Origin: a virus
DNA: 64,000 bases
Reading direction: 5' to 3' (one strand)
Virus record (IMG/VR): IMGVR_UViG_3300005096_000071
Coordinates: 1-64,000 of that record
The stretch's first letter is position 1, and every line of letters starts with the position of its first letter. Below, one piece after another: positions 1 to 10,482 of the stretch. The notes under the pieces were generated by a model. It was not told where the DNA came from. It ran no database searches and saw only the letters and a list, made by a program, of their open reading frames with translations. The translations under genes were made by a program, and so were the position numbers.

Positions 1-57
1 GAGGGCGACATTACTTGGGCGGCCTTCGGCCCGACAACGTGAGCAAACGAGTAGAGC

Positions 58-909
<852 letters not shown>

Positions 910-999
910 ACTCCCGCAAGTCAATCAAAAAGAAACCGATGCTCGGCGGAGCCCGTCCTTTGACGACCAGCCCGCTCGCTAACCAATCAGGAGACAGAC

Positions 1000-2412
1000 A
1001 TGTCCACCCCGAGCATCGGCAGCTTCATTCCCAGCCTCGCGTTTCTAGACGCCCTCGTTCAGGACAGTACCCTGATGCGAGTGTTTCACGACGCCCTGTA
1101 CCCCAAGCTGCTCTACCGTATGGAAGCGTACGCCGAGCGATGGGACGCCGGTGTCGGCGATCGGAAGGTCTTCACACGCTCCAGCTTGCTCTCGGCAACC
1201 CCCGAGGCCTTGGAGCCCGATGCTGATCCGACTCCGGTCAACGAAGAGTACGAGCAGTGGCAGGTGCTTGCGCGCCAGCTCGCCAAGACGACCGACGTCA
1301 ATACGGCGGTCAGTCGCACCACGCTGGCGTCGCTGTTCCTGCGCAAGGCGAAGACCCTCGGGCTCAACGCGGGCCAGTCGCTCAACCGGCTGAGTCGCAA
1401 CCGGCTGTTTTGCGCGTACGTCGGCGGCCACACCGTCACGGACAACGCCGCGGCTCCCGGCACGAGCGTGATCGTTGCGTCGATCAACGGCTTCACCGAG
1501 GTCGTCGTGAATGGCCAGCTTTTGGGTGTGTCGACGGCGAACCCGTTGGCGATCACCGTTGGAGGCGACGCCGCCAGCGTCACGGCCGCGACCCCGTTGG
1601 ACGCCGCGGTGCCACTCGGACCCGGTACCCTGACGCTTGCGGCCGGTATCACCTTCGCGGCTGGCGAAACTGTGGTGGCGTCGACGGCCGCGACTGTCAT
1701 CCGCTCCGGCGGCGGGACATCGGTTGATGCCCTCGCGGCGACTGACATCCTCGCGCTTGCTGACGTTCGTCGAGCCGTCGCGATCCTGCGGGCCAACTCG
1801 GTACCGCCGCACCCCGACGGGTTCTTCCACGTCCACCTCGACCCCATCGCCGAGGATCAGTTGTTCTCGGACAACGAGGTCCAGCGTCTCAACGAGACGC
1901 GGTTCGACGGGGCGATGTACAAGGATGCCGCGGTCGGCAAGCTCATCCGGTCCATCTTCTACGGCAACGAGGAAAGCCCCGGGGCGATCAACGGCACGGC
2001 GTCCTCGAACGTCGGCGTCCTCGTCCAGTCGCGACCGACCAATGCCGCGTTGGCGTTCCTCGGTCCCGAGATCTGGGCCGAGGTGATCAACGACGTGGGC
2101 GTCCCAATCATTCGGACGATCGTCACCGGCGGCGGCGCGCTTTACGAGTGCTACGTGGACGAGTCGGAGTACATGACGGAGGCCGGCAATCAGGGCAAGA
2201 TCGGCGAGTTCGCCGTCATCAATGGCGGCATCCAAGTCTCGACCGAGCGGATCCGCTACATCATTCGCGCGCCGCAGGATCGGCTGCAGCAGCAGGTCTC
2301 GCAGACCTGGAGCTGGACGGGTGACTTCGGCGTACCAAGCGATCAGCTCGGAGGCCGCACCGGCGCCCGCTTCAAGCGCGCCGTGGTCATCGAGTCCGGG
2401 GTGAGCACCTAA
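1000..2412 (+). CDS. major capsid protein (HK97 fold, probably N4-gp56-like)
   Basis: 470 aa; AGGAGA RBS; LADVRRAVAILRANSVPP..DGFFHVHLDP and DRLQQQVSQTWSW motifs; follows the scaffold. Confidence 0.85.
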   Translation: MSTPSIGSFIPSLAFLDALVQDSTLMRVFHDALYPKLLYRMEAYAERWDAGVGDRKVFTRSSLLSATPEALEPDADPTPVNEEYEQWQVLARQLAKTTDVNTAVSRTTLASLFLRKAKTLGLNAGQSLNRLSRNRLFCAYVGGHTVTDNAAAPGTSVIVASINGFTEVVVNGQLLGVSTANPLAITVGGDAASVTAATPLDAAVPLGPGTLTLAAGITFAAGETVVASTAATVIRSGGGTSVDALAATDILALADVRRAVAILRANSVPPHPDGFFHVHLDPIAEDQLFSDNEVQRLNETRFDGAMYKDAAVGKLIRSIFYGNEESPGAINGTASSNVGVLVQSRPTNAALAFLGPEIWAEVINDVGVPIIRTIVTGGGALYECYVDESEYMTEAGNQGKIGEFAVINGGIQVSTERIRYIIRAPQDRLQQQVSQTWSWTGDFGVPSDQLGGRTGARFKRAVVIESGVST

Positions 2413-2428
2413 GCAACCTCGTGGAGCA

Positions 2429-2447
2429 GGGGGCCCGCTGGGCCCCC
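2429..2447 (+). terminator. GC hairpin after the capsid gene (no U tract)
   Basis: GGGGGCCC-GCT-GGGCCCCC, 8-bp stem. Confidence 0.4.
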
Positions 2448-2478
2448 GTAACCTCAATCATCACCCAGGACCAAGACC

Positions 2479-2868
2479 ATGAGCGACACGATCGAAACCA
2501 AGCTGGACAAGTGCAACCCCAATGATGTGCTCGCGTTCATGCGCAAGCTCAACGATCCCACCACGGGTGTGGGATTCGGCGGGATGCTGGCCGCGATGCG
2601 TCCACGCAACCGCACTCGCACCGTTGCATCGTCCACCACTCAGATCCACGACGTGGCCGCCGTGATCTACAGCGTGGAGTCCCCCGTGGGCACCCCGTTG
2701 GCGATCGTGTCCGGCGGCACCGCAGGGGCCGGCGAGTGCAGCGTGGACTACGACGCCGTGACGGGCGTCCCCACGCTGGAGTTCGCCGGCGCGGTGACAA
2801 CCTATACCGTGTCGAGCGGCGGACCTCTGCCGCAGACCCTTGCGGCCAATATGGCCGCCCTGGTCTAA
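2479..2868 (+). CDS. putative head decoration/virion protein
   Basis: AGGA RBS, directly after the capsid gene, beta-rich. Confidence 0.5.
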   Translation: MSDTIETKLDKCNPNDVLAFMRKLNDPTTGVGFGGMLAAMRPRNRTRTVASSTTQIHDVAAVIYSVESPVGTPLAIVSGGTAGAGECSVDYDAVTGVPTLEFAGAVTTYTVSSGGPLPQTLAANMAALV

Positions 2869-2892
2869 GGGTAGCCCACACCTCGATCTGAT

Positions 2893-2931
2893 GAAGCGGG
2901 CGCCCGTCCTCCGGGGCGGCCGCCCGCTTTC
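2893..2931 (+). terminator. putative intrinsic terminator
   Basis: GAAGCGGGCG..CGCCCGCTTTC long stem-loop ending in a short T run. Confidence 0.55.
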
Positions 2932-2948
2932 GTAACAAGGACCCAACG

Positions 2949-3494
2949 ATGGCCAGCAAGAAGCCCAGTAAAGCAACGAAGCCCGCGGACAAGCCGGAAC
3001 CCTCGGGCGCGGACAAGCCAGGACCCTCGGCCGCCGAACTCACCGCGATGGCTGAGGACTCCGAGGAGTCGGCACGGGCTGACCGGGAGATGCGAGAGAA
3101 GGCAGACGCGGACGCCGCAGCGAAGGCTGACGCAGAGGCGAAGTCGGAGGCGGCAGCGAAAGTCGAGACGGCCCCAGTTCCACCTCCCGGCCACGACCCC
3201 GTCGCCGCGATCATGGCGGAGCTTCACAAGATCAAGGTCGATCTACAGCTAGCGAACGACAAGCTAGACGAGCTGATGTCGGCGCCACGATCCTCGGGCG
3301 GGTCGTCCGACGACTGCCTCGCAATGGACGAGGTCAAGGCGATCCTAAAACAGGATTCGACCACGTCGTTCCGTGTGATCGAAGACTTCAAGCACATGAG
3401 TACGCACTTCGGCAAAGGCCGAGTCGTGCAGGGACGACGCTACAAGCACTTCGTCGCGTTCGTTGGCTCCGGTCTGAAGGTGATCAAGGTCTGA
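2949..3494 (+). CDS. hypothetical protein (head region)
   Basis: AAGGA RBS, tiles with its neighbours. Confidence 0.7.
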   Translation: MASKKPSKATKPADKPEPSGADKPGPSAAELTAMAEDSEESARADREMREKADADAAAKADAEAKSEAAAKVETAPVPPPGHDPVAAIMAELHKIKVDLQLANDKLDELMSAPRSSGGSSDDCLAMDEVKAILKQDSTTSFRVIEDFKHMSTHFGKGRVVQGRRYKHFVAFVGSGLKVIKV

Positions 3495-3501
3495 GGGTAG
3501 C

Positions 3502-3912
3502 GTGGCGCTGAACGACGCAGAGAAGGAGCGGGTTCGCTACCACATGGGGTACCTCAACGTCGGGGTACCTCGGACGATCTCGCTCGGCGTCCCCTCTGCG
3601 GGCCAGCCTCAGTTCATCCTCGAATCGGCGATGAACGACATACTCCCGGACGGGGAACCCGGGGTCCGTCGATGCATCCAAGAGCTGGACTGTATCGAGG
3701 ACCAGCTCAGCAAGTTCCGCAGCTCGCTCGAAGTCAAAAAGACCGGCGGCGGTGTGGAGCTTCGCGGACGCGAGGCCTTCGACATCCTCGGTGATCAGTA
3801 TGTCGATTGGGCCAGCCAGCTCGCCGACACCCTCGGCTCCCCTCTGAATCCGTTTGGCCAGCGGCTTGCTCGCTTTGGTGCTGGCCCAGGCACCGTGCTC
3901 GAACCTTGCTAG
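3502..3912 (+). CDS. putative head-tail adaptor
   Basis: 136 aa helical protein, EKERVRYHMGY N-terminus, position after the capsid gene. Confidence 0.55.
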   Translation: MALNDAEKERVRYHMGYLNVGVPRTISLGVPSAGQPQFILESAMNDILPDGEPGVRRCIQELDCIEDQLSKFRSSLEVKKTGGGVELRGREAFDILGDQYVDWASQLADTLGSPLNPFGQRLARFGAGPGTVLEPC

Positions 3913-3928
3913 GAAAGGACCCCAGACC

Positions 3929-4333
3929 ATGGCGATCAACACCATCCGGACCACTGTACGCAACTCGATGTGCGATGCGTTTGTCGACGACATCGACACC
4001 GGATCGACCGACACCGGCGGCGACCTCCAGATCCACACGGCGGCCTTTGCTGCCCTCCTGGCGGAGATGGAGTTCTCCGCCACAGCGTTCGGCGTGGCGG
4101 GTGCCTCCAACCCTGGCGAAGCAATTGCGGCGGCGGTGTCGGACGAGACCAGCGCGCCGGCGACTGGTACGGCGGCGGTTACCCGCATCCTCGGCCAGGA
4201 CAACGCGACACACTCGCAAGGTACAGCGGGCGGCACGGGCTCGGGTGAAGACGTGGAGATGAACACCACGAGCGTCACGACGGGCGACACCGTTTCGGTG
4301 ACCTCCGCCCTGATCACGATGCCCGCCGGTTAG
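3929..4333 (+). CDS. small virion structural protein
   Basis: AAGGA RBS before ATG 3929; Thr/Gly/Ala beta-rich protein of the kind preceding fibre-like genes. Confidence 0.6.
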   Translation: MAINTIRTTVRNSMCDAFVDDIDTGSTDTGGDLQIHTAAFAALLAEMEFSATAFGVAGASNPGEAIAAAVSDETSAPATGTAAVTRILGQDNATHSQGTAGGTGSGEDVEMNTTSVTTGDTVSVTSALITMPAG

Positions 4334-4348
4334 TGGTACAACAGGGGC

Positions 4349-4732
4349 ATGATCGGCAAGCTCAGAATCCCGATGTGGATCCCGCTGAGTCAGGGGCTCT
4401 ACTTGCTCGGCCGGGACGCAAAGCAAAAGTGCCCGGGTGAGGTTGCCGATCACGTTGCCGACGAGTGCGCCAAAATGGCGGCGAAGTTCGGCGACACCAA
4501 GGTGTTGCTGATGATCCCCGCGGCCGACCTGTTCGCGTACGCGTGCGATGGGATGCGGGAGCGGGGAGACACAGACGCGGTCGAGGCCCTGGAGCAGCTG
4601 GTGAAGCTGGTCAAAGATGGCAAGAATCGGAAGGTGCTCGCTACGATGCAGTACGGGATCCGGTCCGAGAAAGAGCTAGACGAGACGCTGGCGAAGCTCC
4701 GCACCCAGGCCGTCATCATCGCGAACGAATGA
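4349..4732 (+). CDS. hypothetical protein
   Basis: Tiles; TGG-TACAAC 6 nt before the ATG. Confidence 0.65.
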   Translation: MIGKLRIPMWIPLSQGLYLLGRDAKQKCPGEVADHVADECAKMAAKFGDTKVLLMIPAADLFAYACDGMRERGDTDAVEALEQLVKLVKDGKNRKVLATMQYGIRSEKELDETLAKLRTQAVIIANE

Positions 4733-4743
4733 GAGCCTGAGCC

Positions 4744-7700
4744 GTGCCCGCGCTCGACATCATCACCGGCACATCGAACGGCGACTCCGACGGCAACGGC
4801 ACGGACGCCAACTCGTTTACGACCGAGTGCGAGACCGCCAGCGCATTGTTGGACGGCATCTCGTATCTCGTGTTGTACGACGGCGGTGCCAACATGGACG
4901 GCACGCCCAGTGACGGGGCCGAGTGCCAGCTTGAGTTCGACGGAGTCGAGCATGGGTTCTCCGCGACGAACGGGTTCGCGTTCAACCCACCCGACGGCGG
5001 GGTCGCCCGCCCGCTCTCTGGCGCCACCATAATCGAGGGGGACGGGTCCGAGACCGTCACGATCCAGTGCCGCCACACCGGCACCACGGGGGTCGAGTAC
5101 ATGTGGCAGGGCGGGTCGCTGATCTGCATCCCGCTCGATCAGCTCACTCGCAACCGCGACTATTGGTTCGGCGGCGGCGGGACGGTCGGCAACTCAAGCA
5201 CGCTCGGGGTCAACAGCACGACGGCCGTGCTCACGCCAGCGAGTTCGGCAGCGTGGGCGCAGATCGGAACAGCGGTACGCGTGACGGCGGTCGAGACGGG
5301 CCCGCACCTGATCGTCCTCACTGCAGAGGCGCAATACCAGAGCGACGCCAACGCCGACGAGATCAGACTCCGCCCTCGGCAGACCTCGGACGTTGGCGGG
5401 TCACCGACCACGGCGACGATGGGGGTAGGGTCGGGCGGCGGTACTCCAGAGATTCGGATCCAAGGGCGAGCCTCGGACGCCGAAACAGAGTCAAACTCGA
5501 ACCGATACTCGGAGACCGTTACCCTTACGGCGGGTGTTACGTACGACTTTTTCCTCGAAGCCGAGGGGGTCAACGGCGACGTTGAGTACCGACGCGCGCG
5601 CTACATCGTCGTCGACGGCTCAGCGTTCGGTGAAATGTCCACATTCGAGGACACCACCGGCGTGCAAGAAGCCGCGCCGACCACGACCGTCGTGGGGCCG
5701 CTGACGATCGCCGACCCTGGCACCGCGTACGACTACGTGGTGATCGCCTCGACCTCGTTTCAGAACAACGGCAGCTGGCATCAGATGCGGATCGACCTGG
5801 ACGGCACCGACAATGTCACGAACGGAGGCCGCGGATCGGCGGGGTCGAACAACGGCACCGCGACCACGGACGACTACCACTGGCTGTCCATGGCGTGGCC
5901 GGTGAACATCCCAGCGACCTCGACGCCCGACTACGAGATCAACCTAAGCGTGACGATAACGCTGGCCACCGACTGTCCGATCGGGTTCGAGCCAGGCGGC
6001 GAGGCGGCCGATTCGATCCGACAAACGATCACCGCGTGGCGCATGGAGGTGATCCGGCTGAACGCCGAGGTCGACGCGTCGTTGTTGCTGCCGACGATGG
6101 CCGCATCGGCGACCGTCACTGGTTCGGCGAACAACATCACGATGGACGCGGCGCTCCCCCTGCCGGTGATGGACACGGCCGCGGTTGCAGGGACGCAAGC
6201 AACGATCGACACGACGCTGCCGATCCCCACAGCGACGATCGACGCCCGGATCTTAGTTGAGGCGGCGATGGACGCCGATCTGCCGCTGCCGCTCTCCGCC
6301 ATCTTGGCAACGGTGGCGACCTCGGCGGCGATGGACGCCGATCTGCCGCTGCCGCTGATGGACGCCGCGGCGGTGACGTCGAGCGTACTCACGGCCGCGA
6401 TGGACGCGGACCTGCCCCTCCCCGTGATGGACGCGGCAGCAATCGACGCAACGGCGACGGCGATGGACGCGGCGCTTCCGATGCCGGTGATGGACGCGGT
6501 GACATCCCGGGGTCTCAGCGGGGCGATGGACGCGGATCTTCCGCTCCCTACGGCCGACATCGCGGCCGGGATCGTTGGCGAGGTCACGATGGACGCCGCG
6601 CTTCCCCTTCCCGTGATGGACGCCACAACGGTCCGGGCGTTATCCGGGGCGATGGACGCGGACCTCCTCGTCCCGGTGATGGCAGCAGGGGCGATCATCG
6701 TGGGGGCGCCGACCAATGCGGTCCTGGACGCGAACCTCCCGCTGCCCACGATGGACGCTGTGACGACGTCGGGCCTCGCGGCAGCGATGGACGCGGACCT
6801 CCCGATCCCGACCGCGATGATCGCGGCCACGGCGGCCCACCTCGCAGCGATGGACGCGGACCTCCTCGTTCCCACGATGGACACAGCCACAGTGGTCGCC
6901 ACGGCGGTAGCGATGGACGCGGACCTTCCGGTGCCAACGATGGCGGCGGCGACGGTCCGGGCTGCGTCTGGAGCCCTGGACGCTACCCTGCTGGTCCCCA
7001 CTATGGTGGCGGTCGCGAACGTCACGCTCCCCCCCGAGGCAGCGATGGACGCAGATCTTCCGATGCCGGTGATGGACGCGGTCGCCGCGGTGCTGATCGA
7101 TGCAGCGATGGACGCGGACCTCCCCCTACCCACGATGGACGCGATCGTTGCCGCGATGACCTCGGCGGCCCTGGATGCCTCCCTTCCGCTCCCGCTGGCG
7201 GCGATCGCCACGGCGGCCCTGCCCAACATCACGATGGACGCGGCGCTCCCCCTGCCGGTGATGGATGCCGTAGCGGATGCGCCACCCCTCCCCGGAGGAG
7301 GAGGCGTAGGCGGGTCGCTCGTGTGGACCCCCGAGCTGCGGGTCCCCGAGGCGGTGGTGTCCGAGGTCTGGGCCCCCGAGGTGTGGGCCACGCGGGCCGG
7401 AGGCGACATCCTGGCGGCCTTGGGTGACACGTTCGGGGGCGCAAGCCTGGATCCGTCCTGGACTGTCGAGGACATCAACGCGGCGCTTGACGGGGCCTCT
7501 GGCGTGTCTGGAGGGGAGTACAACCTCCGGATGTCAGCCGGTGGTGCGGCGGGCTCGTGGTGGTCTGACGACAACGCCGGGATCCTGATCTACAAGGAAA
7601 TCGTTGGCCCGTTCATGATGCGGTGCCGCGTGCGGGTTCGGAACGACGCCGACTCGGGCGCGCCACCCACCGGGGCGCTCGGGAAGTACTGCGGCCTCGC

Positions 7701-8166
7701 TGCGCACGACCCAGATCGCACAGCTCTGAACTACGTGCACCTTGTGGCCGGCTCCGACGTCGCGGCCTCTGTCGAGTGGCAGACGACCGACGCCATCGCG
7801 GGCGGATCGACTGACACGACGGCACGGGACCCACTCACGGCCCCACCGAACGGGACAGTGGAGATCGATCTCCAACTCGTGCGCCGCGCGAGCGACCAAC
7901 AGATCTTTGATCTGTCCTACCGGGATGCGACCGGCGGCCACACGCTCGCGAACGACGTGGTCCCTTTCACCGCACTGCAGACGATCGACCGGACCGACAA
8001 CACGACGCCAGGACGGGCAGCCAGCGGGGCAGCGGCCGACGTGGCCGTTTCGCTCCCGGCACGCCTCCGCGTCGGGATGGTAGGGTACTCAGTGCAAGCA
8101 GCGGACGACGTGCAAGGGTTTTTCGAGGAGATCATCGTCTCCCGCGATCACCCTTCGATCACCTAG
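4744..8166 (+). CDS. large fibre-like virion protein with 19 shaft repeats and a beta-rich C-terminal domain
   Basis: 1140 aa; repeats of MDADLPLPxMDA; globular N- and C-terminal regions. Confidence 0.7.
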   Translation: MPALDIITGTSNGDSDGNGTDANSFTTECETASALLDGISYLVLYDGGANMDGTPSDGAECQLEFDGVEHGFSATNGFAFNPPDGGVARPLSGATIIEGDGSETVTIQCRHTGTTGVEYMWQGGSLICIPLDQLTRNRDYWFGGGGTVGNSSTLGVNSTTAVLTPASSAAWAQIGTAVRVTAVETGPHLIVLTAEAQYQSDANADEIRLRPRQTSDVGGSPTTATMGVGSGGGTPEIRIQGRASDAETESNSNRYSETVTLTAGVTYDFFLEAEGVNGDVEYRRARYIVVDGSAFGEMSTFEDTTGVQEAAPTTTVVGPLTIADPGTAYDYVVIASTSFQNNGSWHQMRIDLDGTDNVTNGGRGSAGSNNGTATTDDYHWLSMAWPVNIPATSTPDYEINLSVTITLATDCPIGFEPGGEAADSIRQTITAWRMEVIRLNAEVDASLLLPTMAASATVTGSANNITMDAALPLPVMDTAAVAGTQATIDTTLPIPTATIDARILVEAAMDADLPLPLSAILATVATSAAMDADLPLPLMDAAAVTSSVLTAAMDADLPLPVMDAAAIDATATAMDAALPMPVMDAVTSRGLSGAMDADLPLPTADIAAGIVGEVTMDAALPLPVMDATTVRALSGAMDADLLVPVMAAGAIIVGAPTNAVLDANLPLPTMDAVTTSGLAAAMDADLPIPTAMIAATAAHLAAMDADLLVPTMDTATVVATAVAMDADLPVPTMAAATVRAASGALDATLLVPTMVAVANVTLPPEAAMDADLPMPVMDAVAAVLIDAAMDADLPLPTMDAIVAAMTSAALDASLPLPLAAIATAALPNITMDAALPLPVMDAVADAPPLPGGGGVGGSLVWTPELRVPEAVVSEVWAPEVWATRAGGDILAALGDTFGGASLDPSWTVEDINAALDGASGVSGGEYNLRMSAGGAAGSWWSDDNAGILIYKEIVGPFMMRCRVRVRNDADSGAPPTGALGKYCGLAAHDPDRTALNYVHLVAGSDVAASVEWQTTDAIAGGSTDTTARDPLTAPPNGTVEIDLQLVRRASDQQIFDLSYRDATGGHTLANDVVPFTALQTIDRTDNTTPGRAASGAAADVAVSLPARLRVGMVGYSVQAADDVQGFFEEIIVSRDHPSIT
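6067..7275 (+). repeat. 19 degenerate 21-24 aa coding repeats; exact 42-bp duplicate at 6132-6173 and 7224-7265
   Basis: Counted in the translation; CAACATCACGATGGACGCGGCGCTCCCCCTGCCGGTGATGGA occurs twice. Confidence 0.9.
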
Positions 8167-8179
8167 GGATACCCAGCCA

Positions 8180-8659
8180 ATGCCATTCGAAACCGACAAC
8201 ATGCTCCACGACAAGCGGTGGCGACAACTCCGCGACAACGGTGGTGGCGGCGTGTCTGCCGACGCGGACTTCACCGATCCCGCCAACCTCGCTGCGTTCA
8301 TTGCCCTCGTGCCACAGAGCACGCCGAGCCGAACACCCGACGGCGACGAGGTCAAGCAGATCGTGTTCTACGTCGTCGGGTACAACGCGGCTGGGGCCGT
8401 CCTCGCGCGTGGGTCGGCGGCATTCGACCTCCTGGTGTACGAGTTCATCCGGACACACGACATAAGGGAGAATGACCTCGCTGGTGTCAGCATCCCGTCG
8501 GCGGTGATCGACTCGGCCCCGATCTCGACGAACGTCACGCTGTCCCGGAAGATCGCGATCAACGCCAAGGGGATCAACCGATTTCAGATCGGGATCCAGA
8601 ACCTCGCGAACATGCCGGCGACACTCGACCGGTTCCGGATCTTCTGGCGTCCCGAGTAA
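8180..8659 (+). CDS. hypothetical protein, possibly virion-associated
   Basis: Last gene of the head block. Confidence 0.65.
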   Translation: MPFETDNMLHDKRWRQLRDNGGGGVSADADFTDPANLAAFIALVPQSTPSRTPDGDEVKQIVFYVVGYNAAGAVLARGSAAFDLLVYEFIRTHDIRENDLAGVSIPSAVIDSAPISTNVTLSRKIAINAKGINRFQIGIQNLANMPATLDRFRIFWRPE

Positions 8660-8731
8660 GATGGGAGAGGGACTCGAACCCTCGACCTACGGCTTAACAG
8701 GCCGCAGCTCTACCGACTGAGCTACCCCATC
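8659..8731 (-). tRNA. tRNA-Asn(GTT), U73, no encoded CCA
   Basis: GATGGGG/TCCCATC acceptor, GCTC/GAGC D stem, GCGGC-CTGTTAA-GCCGT anticodon arm, GAGGG-TTCGAGT-CCCTC T arm. Confidence 0.9.
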
Positions 8732-8738
8732 AATAAGT

Positions 8739-8773
8739 TAGGCCGCGGGGGATCGAACCCCACGATGGGCCCA
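8739..8773 (-). ncRNA. tRNA minihelix-like remnant (T arm plus acceptor-like stem)
   Basis: TGGGC-CCAT-CGTGGGG-TTCGATC-CCCCGCG-GCCTA. Confidence 0.45.
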
Positions 8774-8777
8774 GAGA

Positions 8778-9044
8778 TCAGCGCGAGCGCTTGGAGGCCG
8801 CTCGCATCGCGGGCGTTTTCTTCGCGCTCGTTCGTTTCTTTGCCGGCTTAGCTTTAGCCTTCGCGATCTTCGCGATCTTGGCGAGCGCCTCGGCCGCCTT
8901 CTTTGCCTCCGCGGCTTGACGGCCGGCCTCCAGCTGGGCGGCCTTCATCCGGGTAGGATCGTCCTTGATCTCCTCGCTGTTGGCGAGAGTTCGGGCGTCG
9001 TTCTCGGCCCGCCACTTTTTGTCTTGCGCGCTTAGTGTACTCAT
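8778..9044 (-). CDS. small basic phage protein
   Basis: WRAENDARTL..EEIKDDP.R motif, Lys/Ala tail; start overlaps the upstream stop. Confidence 0.7.
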   Translation of the reverse strand: MSTLSAQDKKWRAENDARTLANSEEIKDDPTRMKAAQLEAGRQAAEAKKAAEALAKIAKIAKAKAKPAKKRTSAKKTPAMRAASKRSR

Positions 9045-9424
9045 TGCTCCGGTTCCTTCGCGTCGCCATCCTCGGCGGCGCTCTCGTCGTCATAGTTCTC
9101 CGCGACCCAGTCTTCAAGGATCTGCGACGCAACGGTGCGATGCGTGATCTTGCGTTTCGAGTCTTCCTGGCGGTCGGCGGCCTCGGCGATCAGCGACTCC
9201 TCGACGAATCCCGTCGTCCGAACGCTGATCACCTTCGACTTGACGAGCCTCGGATCTTTCCGCCGGCGTTCCTTCGAAGCCTGGGCGATGCCCAGCCGTC
9301 GGCGTTGCCGGCCGACCGTCCAATGGGAAACGGTGTGGCCTTTCTCGGCGAGCGACCGCTGGATCTCGGCGTCGGTCTCTTGGCCAAGAGGTAGTGATTC
9401 CCAGTCGATTTCATGTGCACGCAT
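9041..9424 (-). CDS. putative DNA-binding protein (HTH-like plus RHH-like)
   Basis: DAEIQRSL..GHTVSHWTVGRQRRRLGI, then the KVISVR strand and two helices. Confidence 0.55.
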   Translation of the reverse strand: MRAHEIDWESLPLGQETDAEIQRSLAEKGHTVSHWTVGRQRRRLGIAQASKERRRKDPRLVKSKVISVRTTGFVEESLIAEAADRQEDSKRKITHRTVASQILEDWVAENYDDESAAEDGDAKEPEQ

Positions 9425-9439
9425 AGTTCTTGCCCGGCA

Positions 9440-9468
9440 ATGGTACACTGTACACCGGTCGCGTGCAA
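9440..9468 (-). promoter_or_regulatory. variant promoter element TTGCAC-N17-TACCAT with tandem GTACAC boxes
   Basis: GTACAC at 9443 and 9450, GTGCAC at 9415. Confidence 0.6.
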
Positions 9469-9663
9469 CCTAGGTAATCCCGCGACGGAACGGGGCGATC
9501 GGTCGTAGCCGACACGGGCGCTGCCCGGGGTGGTCGCACTCGACCGACACGGGTTCGCCGACAGTCCCCGATCGGACGACCTTCGATTGCTTGCACCAAT
9601 ACAGCCCTGGGCTGGGATCGCGGCAGTGGGCCCGCACGCCTCGCGCCCCGATCGTGATCGTCG

Positions 9664-10230
9664 TCATAACCGATCCCAGGCTTCGTCGAGCAAGTCGAGG
9701 AGCGTCCGGATATCGACGATCGAGATCGAGATGCCGGTGGCGAGCGACCGGCCCTGCCACGAGGATATCGCCACCTCTGGCCCAGTGTGATCGATGTGAC
9801 TCCGCGGCTTACCGTCCGAGCAGAACCCGAGGACCATCAGCCGCTCCACCTCCGCCATGGCCTCGGCTTCGCTCGCCGCGAACAGGTTCTGTCCGTTTGC
9901 GTAGTACTCGGCGTCCACGGCGATAGATGCCTCGGCGGTTTCGTACAGGACGATCTGTCCGAGCGACACCAATTTAGGAGACCACCGCGTGTTGCTGGGG
10001 TGCCAGTCATCCAGGACAGCGCAGATCACTTCAGTGTGCCGGGTGTGGGGGTTCGCCCTCATGGTGAACGACGAGCGGTGCGAGTGATGCCAGTGGCTGG
10101 TTTTGCACCACTGGTTTGCGGCATCCAGGACAAAAAGCGGCTTGATCTCTTGATCATACTTGCTCGGTTTCCGAGCGAAACGGGTGGCGGGGTCGGCAGC
10201 GATGAGCTTACGGATTTCGGCGATCTTCAT
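9664..10230 (-). CDS. hypothetical protein
   Basis: MKIAEIRKL start, protein-like composition. Confidence 0.6.
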   Translation of the reverse strand: MKIAEIRKLIAADPATRFARKPSKYDQEIKPLFVLDAANQWCKTSHWHHSHRSSFTMRANPHTRHTEVICAVLDDWHPSNTRWSPKLVSLGQIVLYETAEASIAVDAEYYANGQNLFAASEAEAMAEVERLMVLGFCSDGKPRSHIDHTGPEVAISSWQGRSLATGISISIVDIRTLLDLLDEAWDRL

Positions 10231-10482
10231 GGGTGTCCACTGCGATGAAGTAGTTTGCCCCGTGTCGGTCGTGGGCCAACCGGCGATCGCAAGGCCGTGG
10301 CCCTCCACGAGGATCTCGACGAACGCCCGCCGCCACGACTCGCCAAGCGACGACGAGGCATCGTTGCAGGAGTGGGCCAAGCTCATGCGCGACTCGGGTG
10401 TCACCGTTTGCCATTGCACTGCGGCTAGCCCCGCCGCTCAGCGCTTTCGCGCCGCGGTCCGGGTCCACCCCTCGCGGGGTGC

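Noticed and set aside
6132-7265. Diversity-generating retroelement TR/VR pair
   Set aside because: The copies are identical, intragenic and in frame, with no adenine-specific differences and no reverse transcriptase seen
1045-7574. Long antisense ORFs (1045-2457, 5931-7574; also 40550-41584 and 52229-53113)
   Set aside because: Mirror frames of real genes in GC-rich DNA; no motifs or start signals
8659-8731. tRNA as prophage attachment site
   Set aside because: Phage genes flank both sides; no duplicated 3' end or integrase seen in the window
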